Source: the human T2T-CHM13v2.0 reference genome, Homo sapiens
NCBI RefSeq assembly: GCF_009914755.1
Contig: NC_060928.1
Length of the DNA: 64,000 bases
Strand: one strand, 5' to 3'
Shown here: positions 28,157-41,222 of the stretch, piece by piece
Layout of the letters: each line of letters starts with the position of its first letter
How positions within the stretch are numbered: position 1 is the first letter of the stretch
Notes under the pieces: model-generated
Database searches by the model: none
Told to the model about the DNA's origin: nothing
What the model saw: only the letters and a program-made list of their open reading frames with translations
Made by a program: the position numbers and the translations under genes

Positions 28157-29777
28157 CAGCCCTAGGAAACTAAAAGGCATGGATAATCCCAGGATCCCAT
28201 GGAAGGTTGTGCAGGTTGCTGACTTCTCAAGGGCACTACTTGAGAGGACGAGGAGAGACTAAATACAGCTCACACTGGGCCTGCCAACCTGCATGGCCTG
28301 CAGGAGACTGCTCCTGGCCAGAAGGGGTACCTCTCTCTTATTTACAGCTGGCCAGCGCCAGCTCTCATTCTTGGGTTTTCTTCAACTCTCTGCTCCTGGG
28401 TAGACCTTCCAGGAAGGCTTTCTTGAGCCACACTTCTCCCCAGGACTAGTCTGGACCCTTCTTCTGCTCCAGTAGATATATTTATCCTGCTGTAACACAA
28501 TTGTCGGTTCACATTTCTATACCCTCCTCCATATCTCAGAAACAAGGGCTGCTCTTAGTCTCCTCTTTCCACTGTGCCTAGCACATCATAGGTGCTCAAA
28601 AGAGACCTGTTGAATGAATGAGCAGGAGCCAGCTATGGAGCCTCAGTGAGCCTGCGGCAGCAAGAGGCACAGTGAGCGGGAGCAGGGATGAGATGCCCGT
28701 CCCAAGGGGCTGCTGAATCAAGGCAATTTCATGCTCGTCACAATTTGCCTAAACTAGCCATCAAACAGAACCGGAAAAGTGGCTCGAATAGAGAGCACCA
28801 CCAGGACGTTAACATTTTGCAGATGTGTTATCTGAGCTTGTGCCTTTATCTTTTCCCTAACTGAGGCATCGGTGCCTAAGGATATTTCCACTGGGGCCAA
28901 ACACATGCTCACACATCCAATGGGACCCAACGTACTGCATTCCACGCAGATACACACATGAGCTCATGCAAGTCCCAGGGTGCTCATCTGGTCCAGATTT
29001 GAAGGAAACTATTTAGCTAGATGGAGAAAAACACATCATGTACAACTTAATACCAAACAGATTTTATGACATACTGAAACTGCTTTTGATAATCTACTAA
29101 TATATCAGAAGAGCTAATCAACTAAAAAAGAACCAGCTAATGTCATATCTCTGAGGTCTGGACAATGTTTATGTGAGTTGCAGGGATGACAGAAAATACA
29201 AAAAGATGCAGGGAGCTTTAGGGAGAGTTATCCAAAGGCTCCCCCACCCCCTGCTGAGATGCAGTCCTGTTTATTGTAGCAAGAAATGTATTTTGCCAAT
29301 TTATGAACATAGACAATTATTTTCTGGCTGAAAGTCAGAGTGGACTTTTCCAGAGATGCAGAAACACTATTGCTTGGCCACTAAGATCCCTCGTGGGAAT
29401 GCTGCTAGGGAATGCTGCTAGCCATGGATGCTGCTAGGGAAATAATCGGTGCAGGACAGTTTCACTTGGGACTATCTCAACCCATTGGTGGTTTCCTCGT
29501 CAGTGTGGGGAGCCCCTTCATTAACTGGTCACTTGACCACGACGGCATTCCTAAGTGATTCCTAAGACTTCATGAAGTCTCTCGATAAATGTTTTAAATT
29601 AAAACCCACATCTGTGCTTGTCCTGGCACCATCTGGGGTTATAAGAGGCAGCACAACATACTGAGATAAGAATGACTTTGAAATTGCAGTTCAATTACTT
29701 GATGATGTGAGCTTTGACAAAACTGCTTAATTACTCTGGCCTCAGTTTCCTCATTGGAAAATGGAGAACAAAATGTT

Positions 29778-30070
29778 GACAGTCTCACTCTGTCATCGAG
29801 GATGGAGTACATCCTGGAGTACAGTGGTGTGATCTCAGCTCACTGCAACCTCTGCCTCCCAGGCTCAAATGATTCTCATGCCTCAGCCTCCTGAGTAGCT
29901 GGGATTACAGGCATGCACCACCACACCCAGCTAATTTTTCTGTATTTTTAGTAGAGATGGGGTTTTTGCCATGTTGGCCAGGCTGGTCTCGAACTCTTGG
30001 CCTCAAATGATCTGCCCGCCTCGGCCTCACAAAGTGCTGGGATTACAGGCATGAGCCACCGCGCCTGGCC
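29778..30070 (-). mobile_element. Alu lacking a visible poly(A) tail, next to a MIR fragment (about 29640-29770)
   Basis: gacagtctcactctgtc...gagccaccgcgcctggcc; small internal ggagtaca duplication. Confidence 0.92.
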
Positions 30071-31294
30071 TTGCTTAACTTTTCTCAGTGCAGGATATTC
30101 AAATGGGGCAAGTGCGAGCAAGGATTGTGGTACTGTGCCCAGAGACAGGGGATGTGGGATGGTGTTTGGAAATTTGTGGAAGTCTATCTGACTGTTGCAA
30201 TACCTGGGGATAGGAAGGCAGGGGAGCCGAGCATTACTGGTCCTGAGAAGGAGCCAGAAAGCCTCAACTTATTATAATACCCTCACTGAGAAGCACTGCA
30301 TTAAAGTAATCTCAGGCTGTTCCTGGCTGAATCTGTATGAAACCCTGTGATTCTATGTGATGAAGAGAAGGCGTATTACTTCTTGTGTTTGCTTTTGTTT
30401 TGATATAGGTTATCATTGTAGGGAAGTGTTTTAATCTTATTATATTGTATTTTTTAAATAACCAAATCATTTTGTTGGCATTGTATAAAGAGACATATTT
30501 TCTAAAGTACCAAGAAAAAGGAGCAGGCCATTTAGACTGATGGCATCCTTTCAGATGCTGCGCTCCCATGAGGAGCTCTAGGAGCCAGTCTTCTCCTTTT
30601 GGGCTCTCACAGGAGATCTTAGGAAGAGGTTCTCAGAATAGGGCTGTAGGAAAACGTCCCGACACCTGGCGCAGCCAGGCTGGTGGGGATTAGGGAGCAA
30701 ACATGATTCACTTCATTTTATTTTTATACAGGAAACTAGAGACATAGCTAAGAAACAAACTCGCTATTTCTGGTTCTTGGCTAGTTGTGGCTCTTAGGGG
30801 ACACTCCCTTCCTCTGAAGAGCTGTTTTTATGGCAAGGGACTCACATGCTTTTTCATTGCTACATTATCTTTGAATCATAGTTGGCAATTAGGCATTGAA
30901 ATTTGACTATTTACCTTAGGGACTCCTCTGGGTATGTGAAGAATTCCCCTGTTTTGCTCAGGATGTGGGCAGATGAGGAAGTAGTAGCAACTGACTGATA
31001 TTATATCTCCATTTGGCTGGTGCTGGGGAAGAACCTTTGAGTCAGCCAAGGAGACATTCCCCAGTGCAGAGATGGCAAATAGAAGTGTATCTTTGGATGT
31101 CATCTACTTCTTCAGCTGTCCCCAGGTCAGAGGGAATGGGGGTGGGTGGAGCAGGTGTGGGGGGTGGAAATCCCACCATTCAAATGTTCAAGACAATCTG
31201 TGACTTAAACAGAAAATTGTGGGACTTGGTGAAAAAATGGAAGGTTGCACTTTAGAGTTAAAAAGAAAAAAGAAGGAATTCAAGCCAACAACCA

Positions 31295-31654
31295 TAGATA
31301 GTCCCAGGCTCACAATGGTTCACTTCTGATATTTTAATTTTGGTGGTGCCAAAATGATACATAATCAGTAGAAACTATACTTGGGAGTACTTATACAATA
31401 TTGTTTTTCACTTTCAGTACACTGTTCAATAAATCGCCAAGCTTTCCCACACTTTATGATAAAATAGGCTTTGTGTTAGATGAGCTTGACCAACTATAGG
31501 CCATTGTAAGTGTTCTGAGCATGTTTAAGGCAGGCTAGGCTAAGCTATGAGCTTCAGTAGGTTAGGTGGATTAAATGCATTTTTAGTGTATGATATTTTC
31601 AGTTTATGATGGGTTTATCAGGAAGAAACCCCATAGTAAGTTGAGGAGCATCTG
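31295..31654 (-). mobile_element. MER47A-like (TcMar-Tigger) MITE
   Basis: gttctgagcatgtttaaggcaggctaggctaagctatg...gggtttatcaggaagaaaccccatagtaagttgaggagcatctg followed by TA. Confidence 0.85.
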
Positions 31655-31987
31655 TATTTATCAAGCATTAGGTGCTGAATATAAAATCATCGTTAACATT
31701 AAGAATAGCTCATTTCCTATCCTCCTTCTAGATACCAGACACTGTTCATTTAAAATATATATATTAACTCATTTAATCTTCATAACACACCTTTAAGGTA
31801 CTTACCTATTAGTATCAGGAGCATCTGTATTTATTAAGCACTAGGTACTGAATAAATCATCATCGTTAATAAGAATAACTTGTGTTTCCTATCCTCCTTC
31901 CAGGTACCAGATACTGCTTATTTAAAATAGATGTATTAACTCATTTAATCTTCATAACACACCTGTAAGGTACTTACCTGTTAGTAT
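31644..31987 (+). repeat. Diverged tandem duplication, 2 x about 173 bp
   Basis: Both units start aggagcatctgtattta (31644, 31817) and end aaggtacttacct(a/g)ttagtat. Confidence 0.92.
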
Positions 31988-32149
31988 TATGCCTATGTTA
32001 TGGATGCAGAAACAAGGCACCAAATGGCTATGTAGCCTTCCTGGAATTATCCAGATAGTAAACAGTAGAGATGAGATGTCAATGCAGACACTACGCCTCC
32101 AGATTATGGGCTTTATATCACTATAACATAGCTTCTCTTAGGATGTGAT

Positions 32150-32315
32150 TTCTTTTCTCAAGGACGTTACAGGGAGCTGGCAGCCTGCAATTAACGAAAG
32201 CTTGGCTGCCGTGGTTGGCTGAGACTCAGCTATTTGTTACAAGAATATACTCTTAAGTTAGGTTGCAATAGGATTCAAAGTGTGGAGGACGCTTAAGGCC
32301 AAATTTAATTTAACA
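32150..32315 (-). mobile_element. ERV1 LTR 5' fragment (MER57/MER67-like)
   Basis: ttggctgagactcagctatttgttaca...aagttaggttgc...taaggccaaatttaatttaaca. Confidence 0.55.
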
Positions 32316-34085
32316 GGGACATGGTTATGGATTGGCAGAATAATTGGTGAAATGTTGCCCACAGTGACAGGAAAGATAGAAAGAACACCTATAAATGTGT
32401 GTATCTGGCTAAGAAGATTTCCAAGCAGAATGGCAGCTTTTTTTTTAAGTAGGGAGGAGTGAGATGAGCTTAAGAAAGAACTGATTGGTTTTCAAGCAGA
32501 ATTTAGAGGCAATATTTCCAAGGCAAGGCTTGCTTGATGGGAATCTTTTTAAACAATTTTATACTCACAGATTATCTGGAAAACAAATGATTCCCAAAGT
32601 AAGAAATGACCAAAGGACAAAAATCAAATCCAAGAAAACATAGCTTCCAGGTAAAGAACAGATCAGGGCTATGGTTGTGAGAACCTTTGTTGAAATATCA
32701 GCAAGATTTAAAGTGATGCCTCATGGACCTCCCAATTAGACAAATAGCTAAAGGGATTTTCTAGACCCTCCTAATCAGACAGTAGCACTTCTGAGAATTA
32801 TAAATGTTTTGCCTCACCACACACTGACTTGAGGGTTCTGTCTCAAAGAGACTTACAGATATTCTTTTGTCTTAGGTATGGATTATAATTTGATACACAG
32901 GAAGCCCACAACATTTTTTAAAGGAATTATATCGCTTTAACTCAAAGGGAAAGATAGTGGAAAATAAAAAGAGGTCCCAGGACCCTAGACTTCCTAATGA
33001 AAGAAGCAGGCTACAAACACAGGGCATTTCTTATAGGAGAGGAAGGGCAATTTAGAAGGAGAAGTCAAGATTCCAGAGGGAAGAGCTAACAGCCATGGAA
33101 AATCACTCACAAGGAGCAGAAACAAACGCTTTCTTTTCATTGTTTATTGATTTTATTTGAAACTATGTGCATCTTACATGTTTTAGGTTCTTGATAACAT
33201 TGGAAGGGGACATAACGATGTTTGCTGACAAACAGCTTTCTGAAAAAAAGAGTTTATACGCTATTCCGCGTGGATCAAAGACTTCCAGATCTTTTCAAAT
33301 TATTATTATACTTACTGCTTAAATTTTTAAAAATGTTTATCTCAATAGTTTTTGGGTGCAAATGGCTTTTGGTTACATGGATAAGTTTTTTAATGGTGAT
33401 TCTGAGATTTTGGTGTGCCCTTCATCCAAGCAGTTTACACTGTACCTAATACATAGTCATTTGTCCCTCACCCCGCTCCCACCCTTCACCCGGAGTCCCC
33501 AAAGTTCTTTATATCATTCTTATGCCTTTGCGTCCTCACAACTTAGCTCCCACTTGTAAGTGAGAATTTGGTTTTCCATTCCTGAGTTACTTCACTTAGA
33601 ACAATGGCCTCCAGCTCCATCCAAGTTGCTGCAAAATCCATTATTTCATCTCTTTTTATGGCTGAGTAGTGTTCCATGGTATATATACCACATTTTCTTT
33701 ATCCACTTGTTGGCTGATGGGCATTTAGATTGGTTCAGTATTTTTGCAATTGTGAATTATACTGCTATAAACATGCATTTTCCTGTGTATTTTTCAAATA
33801 ATGACTTCTTTTCCTTTGGGTAGATACCCAGTAGTGGGATTGCTGGATGGAATGGTAGTTCTACTTTTAGTTCTTTAAGGAATCTCCATACCGTTCAGAA
33901 ATGAACTCTTAATTAGGGAATGTTCTCTACCCCTGGAATCAGAGAAAATGGCCATATGTGCCTAATTGAGTTTCAAAATTGCTAAGAACAGTAGGGCCAT
34001 GTGTCTCCTGTTTTCATCTTTTTTTGAGCAGAAACATTGTTGCTTTATTCTCTTTTTTCCACAATTTTATGTTAGCTTCTGAGAT
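32316..34085 (+). mobile_element. MaLR internal (MLT1-int) sequence, interrupted by an L1 insertion
   Basis: tatctggctaagaagatttccaagcagaat...gagatgagcttaagaaagaactg; continues after 33896 and leads towards the MLT1 LTR at about 34620. Confidence 0.6.
33324..33895 (-). mobile_element. 5'-truncated L1PB-like LINE-1 3' end
   Basis: tcaatagtttttggg...ggttacatggataag...ttttccattcctgagttacttcacttaga...tttgggtagatacccagtagtgggattgctgga. Confidence 0.92.
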
Positions 34086-34094
34086 CACTGGGAC

Positions 34095-34403
34095 TTTTTT
34101 TTTTTTTTTTTTTTTGTGAGAGTCTCATTCTTTCACCCAGGCTGGAGTGCAGTGGTGTGATCTTGGCTTACTGTAACCTCTGCCTCCTGGGGTTCAAGTA
34201 ATTCTTGTGCCTCAGCCTCCCAAGTAGCTGGGATTACAGGCATGTGCCATCACACCCAGCTAATTTTTTTTTTGTCTTTTTAGCAGAGATGGGGTTTTGG
34301 GTTTTGTTGGTCAGGCTGGTTTCAAACTCCTGACCTCAAGTGATCTGCCTGCCTTGGCTTCCCAAAGTGCTGGGATTACAGACGTGAGCCACCGCGCCCA
34401 GCC
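34095..34403 (-). mobile_element. AluS
   Basis: Poly-T tail plus full reverse Alu. Confidence 0.95.
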
Positions 34404-34619
34404 TCATCTGATTTTTTTGTTTCATGGATCTTCACATCCAAGAAACCACAGCTGAAAAGCTATATTCAAGGAGTAGACCAGGGATGCCTCATCCTCACTA
34501 ATGCCTGTTTGAACTGATGTTGTCCTAAACTTTGAGCTGATTCCTTTTTTTTTTTTTTTGGAGCTGATTCCATATGGAATGAGAATTTGAGGGAGGAGTG
34601 AATTTTGCACATGAGAGTA

Positions 34620-35417
34620 CATAGTAGATAATCTCCAAATATGTCCACTATCAATTGCTTCCCTCCTTGCATACAAATACCACTCCCTATCAATAAATGT
34701 AGATTATTTCCACTGGGCTGGCCTTGTGATTTGTGTTGACCAATACAATAGCGCAGAAGTGTCAGATGGAACTTTAAAATCTGTCTTATGAGAACCAGCA
34801 GCTTCCACAGACTCCTTCCTTTTGGAACACAGCCCTCATCTGTAAGGAATCTCAAGCAGCCATGAGGAGAGTAGTATATAGAAGAATAATGGCTGCCTGT
34901 GGTGGCTTATACCTATAATCCCCAGCACTTTGGAAGGCTGGGGTGGGCAGATAACTTCAGCCCAGGAGTTTAAGACCAACCTAGGCAACATGAGGAAAAC
35001 TGTCTCTACAAAAAATACAAAAATTAGCCAGGCATGGTGGCGTGTACCTGTAGTCTCACCAGCTACTTAGGAGGCTGAGGTGGGAGGATTGCTTGAGCAG
35101 AGAGGTCGAGGCTGCAGCGAGCCAAGATCACACCACTGCACTCCAGCCTAGGTGACAAAGTGAGACCCTGTCAAAAAACAAAGAAAAAAGAAAAAGAATA
35201 GTAAGGTCCTCAGTTGTCTCAGTAAAGTGGCCAGCACCAATTTTCAGCTATATGAGTGAGGCTATTTTTGAGCAATCAACCCTGTTAGCACCTTAGCCAA
35301 TACTGCACAAAGAATATTCACCCAGGTAACCCAAAAGATTGTGAAGATACTAATTTGTTACTGTTTGAAACCACTAAATTTCAGGTGGTCTGTTGTAGCA
35401 ACATATAACCAAAACAG
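34620..35417 (+). mobile_element. MLT1 (F/G/H-like) LTR interrupted by AluJ
   Basis: ctgggctggccttgtgatttgtgttgaccaatacaat...gaagtg; ends aaccactaaatttcaggtggtctgttgtagcaacatataaccaaaaca. Confidence 0.7.
34891..35195 (+). mobile_element. AluJ
   Basis: gaggctgaggtgggaggattgcttgagc...gtgagaccctgtc plus A-rich tail; TSD aagaata(a/g)t. Confidence 0.92.
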
Positions 35418-36824
35418 ATGAAGATTAAAACATTGAGGTTGACTGAAATATCTCCAAGAAAGCAGTAAAATAATAAAACAAGAACAAGTCTGGGGTGAAC
35501 AAGAATTTTAGGTGGTTAGGAGGTGACTGCAAAAGGAGACAGAGAAGAAATGTTCAAGGAAATAGGAAGAGAGCAAGAAGCAACCTCATAGGTAGCCAGG
35601 GAGGACCTCTGCAAGGTGGAGGAAAGACCAACAGTAGCACATGCAGCAGAGAGTTCTAGAAAAAAAAAAAGGAAAGGTATGGAAATCTGCCATCATCTCT
35701 GGTAATTAAAACCGTCGATGACCTTTGCCAAAGCAGCTTTATCAAAGTGGTGAAAAAAAGAAGCCAATTTACAGGGGGTTAAAGAGATGTCTAGCCAGGA
35801 AATTTTACTTAGTCATAGACGGTGAAAACAAGAGGAAACAACAGGTACAGACATCTCTTGTAACCAAGTGTCTAAAAAAGGAAATAGAAGTAATAGGACA
35901 TTTGGTAACTGGGAGCATGAGATCAAGAGGAATGTTCCATTACCACATTTGTGCTTTTTAGTTAAGCTCTAGATGGGCTTGGCTTTTTACAAATGACCGT
36001 CTTTGGGCTGATGTGTGGCACCAGCTATTATTCAGTCCACATGATTCTGCTGGAACGCTGGGTGAAATCAAGTTTTTGTGATGAGTGGCATCTTGTGGTG
36101 CAAGGGGCACTGTATTGGGTTTTCTGAGGCTTAGTTTGCCACCAGCTAGCTACAGCAAGTCAGTTTACTTCCAGATCTCGCTCTTCCTCCATTTGGTAAA
36201 TGGACAGCATTGGAAGACCTTGAAGGGCTTTCCAAAGTTAACATTCTATAAAAATGATTTCATCCTCAAAAATTTCTACATTTGATTATTATGCTTTGTT
36301 ATTGTTTCCCAGAAATCCAGAGTATAAATATGGTCTAAATCACCCAATTTATCAAGTGAAATACTTGCGGCTTAATGCCTTTGCCTAAATAAATGCAATA
36401 CTCTAGTTTCTAGCCCATATACTTGACAAAATGCCAGGTCCCTCCTGAGCTGCTCAGGCTTATCCAGAGCAGGTCATTCTGGGTCCCACGGTTGATGAGC
36501 TAAGACCTTCCCTTTGATCATCACATCTAGAGCTAAGAGGTCTGTGGGCATGCCCAGGGACAAACCAGGCCACCAAGCAAAAGGCCAAGGGTGGTAGGAT
36601 GGGAGTGGTGGTTACCTAGGACAGCTTATTTCCTAAACAGATAGATGTTCCTCAGTTTATGTGGGTGGGGGAGACATGTCTGTGACTTAATGTGTTTCAT
36701 AGACAGGAACACATGCCAAGACCTTCAATATCCCTCCTTCCCAAGGGTCAACATTTTCAAGCATTTTTTTTTCACACTTAATGGTTACTAGAGGATATTA
36801 TTTCTGTGCCAGTTTCTTTTAAAA

Positions 36825-37540
36825 AATTTTTAAATAAATTTATGGGGTACAAGTGTCATTTTGTTACAAGGATCTATTGCATAATGGTGAAGTCAGAGGT
36901 TGTAATGTATCCATCACCCAAATAACATACATTGTATCCATTGAGTGATTTCTCATCATTCACCCCCAGCACCCCCAGCCTTTCAAGTCTCCATCGTCTG
37001 TCAGTCCACACTGTATGTCCATGTGTACACATTATTAACCCCCACTTATAAGTGAAGACATGCAATATTTGTCTTTCTGTTTCTGAGTTGCTTCACTTAA
37101 GATAATGGCCTCCAATTCCACCCATCTTGCTGCAAAAGACATGCTTTCAGTCTTTTATTTGGCTGAATAGTATTCCACTGTGTATGTAACACATTTTCTC
37201 TATCCAGTCCTCCATTTATGAATACTTAGGTTGATTCCATATCTTTGCTATTGTGAATGGTGTTGCAATAAACATACAAGTCTTTTTTGTGTCATGATTT
37301 TTGTTTCTTTGGGCAGATACCCAATCGTGGGATTGCTGGTTTTAATGGTAGTTCTATTTTTAGTCCTTTGAGAAATCTCCATACTATTTTCCATAGAGGT
37401 TATACTAATTCCCACCAACAGTGTATAAAACCTTCCCTTTTCTCATCTTTGCCAACATTTGTTGTTTTTTGTCATTTTATTAATAGCTATTCTGACTGGT
37501 ATAAAATGATATCTCATTGTGGTTTTAATTTGCATTTCTC
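36825..37540 (-). mobile_element. LINE-1 3' end (L1PB4/L1MA-like)
   Basis: tatggggtacaagtg...cccacttataagtgaagacatgc...cttcacttaagataatggcctcca...tctcattgtggttttaatttgcatttctc. Confidence 0.92.
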
Positions 37541-37664
37541 TGGCTTCTTCCTTTTCTAATTTACGCTTTTGTCTTTATTTTATGGGATACCTTTGTTTCT
37601 CAGATACAACTAAGGACAAAGCCAGAGAGTAAACAGTTTTTCTGTGGTCAAGAAGTATATTTAA

Positions 37665-37780
37665 GCCAACCACGGTGGCTCATACCTGAATCCCAGCTAT
37701 TCAGGAGGCTAAAGCAGGAGGATTTATTGAGTTCAGGAGTTTGACATCCTGGGCAATGTAGTAAGACCCCATTTCATATT
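37665..37780 (+). mobile_element. Alu monomer (FLAM-like)
   Basis: ggtggctcatacctgaatcccagc...caggagtttgacatcctgggcaat...agacccc. Confidence 0.75.
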
Positions 37781-37915
37781 AAAGAAAGAGAAAGAGAGAG
37801 AGGGAGGGGGAGAGAGAGAGAGAGAAAAGAAGAAGAGGAAGAAGAAGGAGGAGGAAGGAAGGAAGGAAGGAAAGGAAGGAAGGAAGGAAGGTGAGAAGGA
37901 GAGAAGGAAGAGAAA
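37780..37915. repeat. Purine-rich (GA/GAA/GGAA)n low-complexity tract
   Basis: About 135 bp almost entirely A/G. Confidence 0.9.
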
Positions 37916-38349
37916 TTTAATTGGAATTACGATACTTTTTTGTTTAGAGGAAGAAACCAAACTAGAAAGATAAACGTTATTACATCTCTCACAACCACAA
38001 CCCCGAATCCTAATACTTGAATATCATTATTCTTGTGACAGTGGAATAAACAAATTTGTGTTGGGAAAAGTAATTTATCATCCTCCACTAGTTCTAAGGG
38101 AGGATCCTTTGAACATCCATACTAAGTGGAATGATGAGTGTGATTAGTGTGATTAGAAGGCAATCGTCCCCATCAAGTGACAGGGTCCATTTCGGGGAGC
38201 TGATGAGGCAACAGAGCAGCTATTGGCTGAAACGAAACAACACAGGAAGAATTAAGAGGGTTAGCAGGGATTTCTACTACTGTGCCTTGTTCCGTGTGAT
38301 GGACCACTCTCCACCATTTCTCTCCAGTGTCTTCACTAGCTCAGCCCTT

Positions 38350-38610
38350 GGTGTGGTGGCTAAGAACACAGGTTCAGGAGCCAGAGTGCCTCATTTCCCC
38401 CCCGCCCCGGCTCCATTCCCACCTCTGGCTCGGTGACTTTGGGCTATGCAACTCTGCATGATTTAATCCAACATCTTCATGCTTTGGTTTCCTTATCTGT
38501 ACAACAAAGATAATAATAGCACCTACCCCATAAAGTTCTTGTGAGAGTTAAATGTGTTAGTGCATGCAAGAGGCTTGTAATAAGCCTGGCACATGCCGAG
38601 TGCTATATTT
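38350..38610 (+). mobile_element. MIR
   Basis: ggtgtggtggctaagaacacaggttcaggagccaga...ggtttccttatctgtacaacaaagataataatagcacctacc. Confidence 0.75.
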
Positions 38611-38859
38611 ACTGTTACTGACTAAAACTTGGTAAAATTTGATTTTTTTTTTTTTTTCTTTTTTGGTGGAGGGAGGATGTGACAAAAAACCAAGTTTTCT
38701 TTCATGGAAAATGAGATGACAATGAAGATCGCTCCCAGAGACTAGTCATATCTGATATTTTTATAGTAGTTATTACTATGGCTACTATTACTATTTCAGT
38801 CCTTCCTCCTAATGTGGATCTGAGCCCACACACTTTGCTTTACTACTTTAGCATGTATG

Positions 38860-39440
38860 CCCATTCATTTATTCCTTCATTCATGCAACAAATACCTTAT
38901 TGAGCACTTATTACTTTCTATGTGCTAAGCACTTGTCCAGATGCTGGGAAATAATACAGTTAAGATCCCTGCTCCTGTGATGTTTATATTCTCAAGAAAA
39001 AGGTAGAGTATCACTATGACAACCAATTAAACAAACAAGATAATTTCCAAACTAACAGCTGCTGTGATTGTCATCAGACAGGACCATGGGGTTGAAATGG
39101 ACTTGGAGAGAGTCTCTCCATTAGACAGCATGGTAAGGAAGGCCTCTCTGAGCATGTGATAGTGGAGCTGAGAAGTCCCTAATACAAAGGAGGTAATCAC
39201 AAGAAGGTGTTGGGCTGAATGTTCCAAGCAAGAAAGGATAAAGTTGAAGAACACTGAAATGAAAGTCAGCCTGGTGTGTCTGAGCAATTGAAGGAAAACC
39301 AGGGAGCTGGAGTACAGGAAGTAAGGAAAAGAGTGGAAGGACAGGAGATGTGAGAGGTAGAGAGGGGCCGCATCAGCCAGGCCCTCAGGGGCTCTGGAAG
39401 GGAAGCCACTGGAGGGGAATAGGCAGAAGAGTAACAGAAG
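38860..39440 (-). mobile_element. L2 3' end
   Basis: cattcatttattccttcattcatgcaacaaataccttattgagcac...ggtaaggaaggcctctctgag. Confidence 0.75.
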
Positions 39441-39834
39441 TGTATTTACTGTGTGTAAGTAGACATTGATTAAACATCTACTATGTGCAAAGCACAGTAC
39501 TAGCCTTGGTGGAGGATACCAAGTAGAAACCAGTCTTTTTATAACCTAAGACCATCCTGGATGCTGTGGGGAGAACAGAAGATGGAAGGGTAAGGCAGAA
39601 GCAAGAAGTCCATTGGGGAGAATCCTAGAAGAGAGAAGCAGGTGTCTTGGGCTGGAGTGGTAGCAGTGCAGCTGGAGGAAAGGGCACAGATTTTAGAGCT
39701 AGAGCTGAGAGGTTCTCCTAATGACTTGCTAATGAATATTGGTGGGTGGGCAGAACAATAAAGGAATTAATGACGATGAGGAATACAGACTTGACAGAAT
39801 TAATTCAGAGAAGTCACAAAGTGGAGAAACAATA

Positions 39835-40181
39835 TGTATTAGTCTGTTCTCACTCTGCTAATAAAGACATACCCGAGACTGGATAATTTATAAAGGAAAG
39901 AGGTTTAATGGACTCACAGTTCCACATGGCTGGAGAGGCCTCGCAGTCATGGCAGAAGGCAAAGGAGAAGCAAAGGCACGTCTTACATGGTGGCAGGCAA
40001 GAGAGCTTGTGTAGGGGAACTCCCATTTATAAAACCATCAGATCTCATTTGACTTATTCACTACCATGAGAACAGTATTGGGAAAATGGCCCCCAGTGAT
40101 TCAATTATCTCTACCCTTGACACAAGGGTATTATTACAATTCAAGGTGAGATTTGGGTGGGGACATAGCTAAGCCATATCA
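39835..40181 (-). mobile_element. THE1 (B/C-like) solo LTR with 5-bp TSD CAATA, inside an old L1M fragment (about 39760-40520)
   Basis: tgtattagtctgttctcactctgctaataaagacatacccgagactgg...gagatttgggtggggacatagctaagccatatca; caata at 39830-39834 and 40182-40186. Confidence 0.93.
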
Positions 40182-40712
40182 CAATACAACAATGTGAATC
40201 CAGGGGGATGGAGGAGAATGTGATTTCCAGAGTTGCCACATTATATTATCTAAAATGCCTAGTTTCAACAACAAAAAAATACAAGATGTGCAAAGAAACA
40301 AAAAAGTATGGCCTACACACAGAGAAGAAAAGTAGTCATAGAAATTGTCTCGGCAGAAGCCTAGATTTTGGACTTACTAGACCAAGCCTTCAAATCAATT
40401 GTTTTAAATATGTTCAAAGAACCCAGGAAATTGTCTAAATAAGTAAAGAATAATATGTAAGAACAATTTCTCCCTAAACAGAGAATATCAGTAAAGTGAT
40501 AGAAAGCAGAAAAATATTTTTAGGAGTACTAAGTCCCTTACATCTTATAAAGAGTTTAAAGAAATGTCTCAGGTGATGAGTGTGGTTTTCAGAAGCACAG
40601 CTCTGTAGGTTTAGTGATGTGCTGTTTTATAATTTACTGCAAGTTGGAAGTCTTCATTGAAGTATTTTCTTTCTCTTTCATGTATCTCTGTTGATCTCCC
40701 CTTCTTTCTATA

Positions 40713-41222
40713 TGTATTAGTTATCTATTGTTGCATAACTATCCCACACCTTAACGGCTAAAAACAACATTTATTATTTCACAGTTTCTGTGAGTCATGA
40801 ATCCAGTTAAGGCTTAACTGAAGTCTTCCAACTCAGGGTATCTCCTGAAGCTGCAACCAAGATGTCAGCTGAGGCTGCAGTCATCTGAAGGCTCAGCTGG
40901 GGAAGGGTCCACTTCCTTGCTTACCCACGTGACTGTCGGCAGGCCTCAGGCTCTTGCTGTCTGCTGGCTTGAGATGCCAGCTCCTTGCCACATGGGCCTC
41001 TCCATAGGGCTGCTCACAACAGGGAAGCTTGCTTTCCTTATGCCAAGGGATCTAAAAGAGAGAATGAGAGAGTCTGGAAGCCAGTCTTTTTATAACCTAA
41101 TCTTTTCATAACTACATCTCATGACTTTTGCCATATTCTATTTGTTAAAAGTTAGTGAGTCCAACTCACACTCAGGGGAAGGGGATTGTCCAAGGGTGTA
41201 AGTACCAGGAAGTTGCCTATCA
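40713..41222 (-). mobile_element. MLT1F-like LTR
   Basis: tgtattagttatctattgttgcataac...aagatgtcagctgaggctgcagtcatctgaaggctc...ccttgccacatgggcctctccatagggc. Confidence 0.85.
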
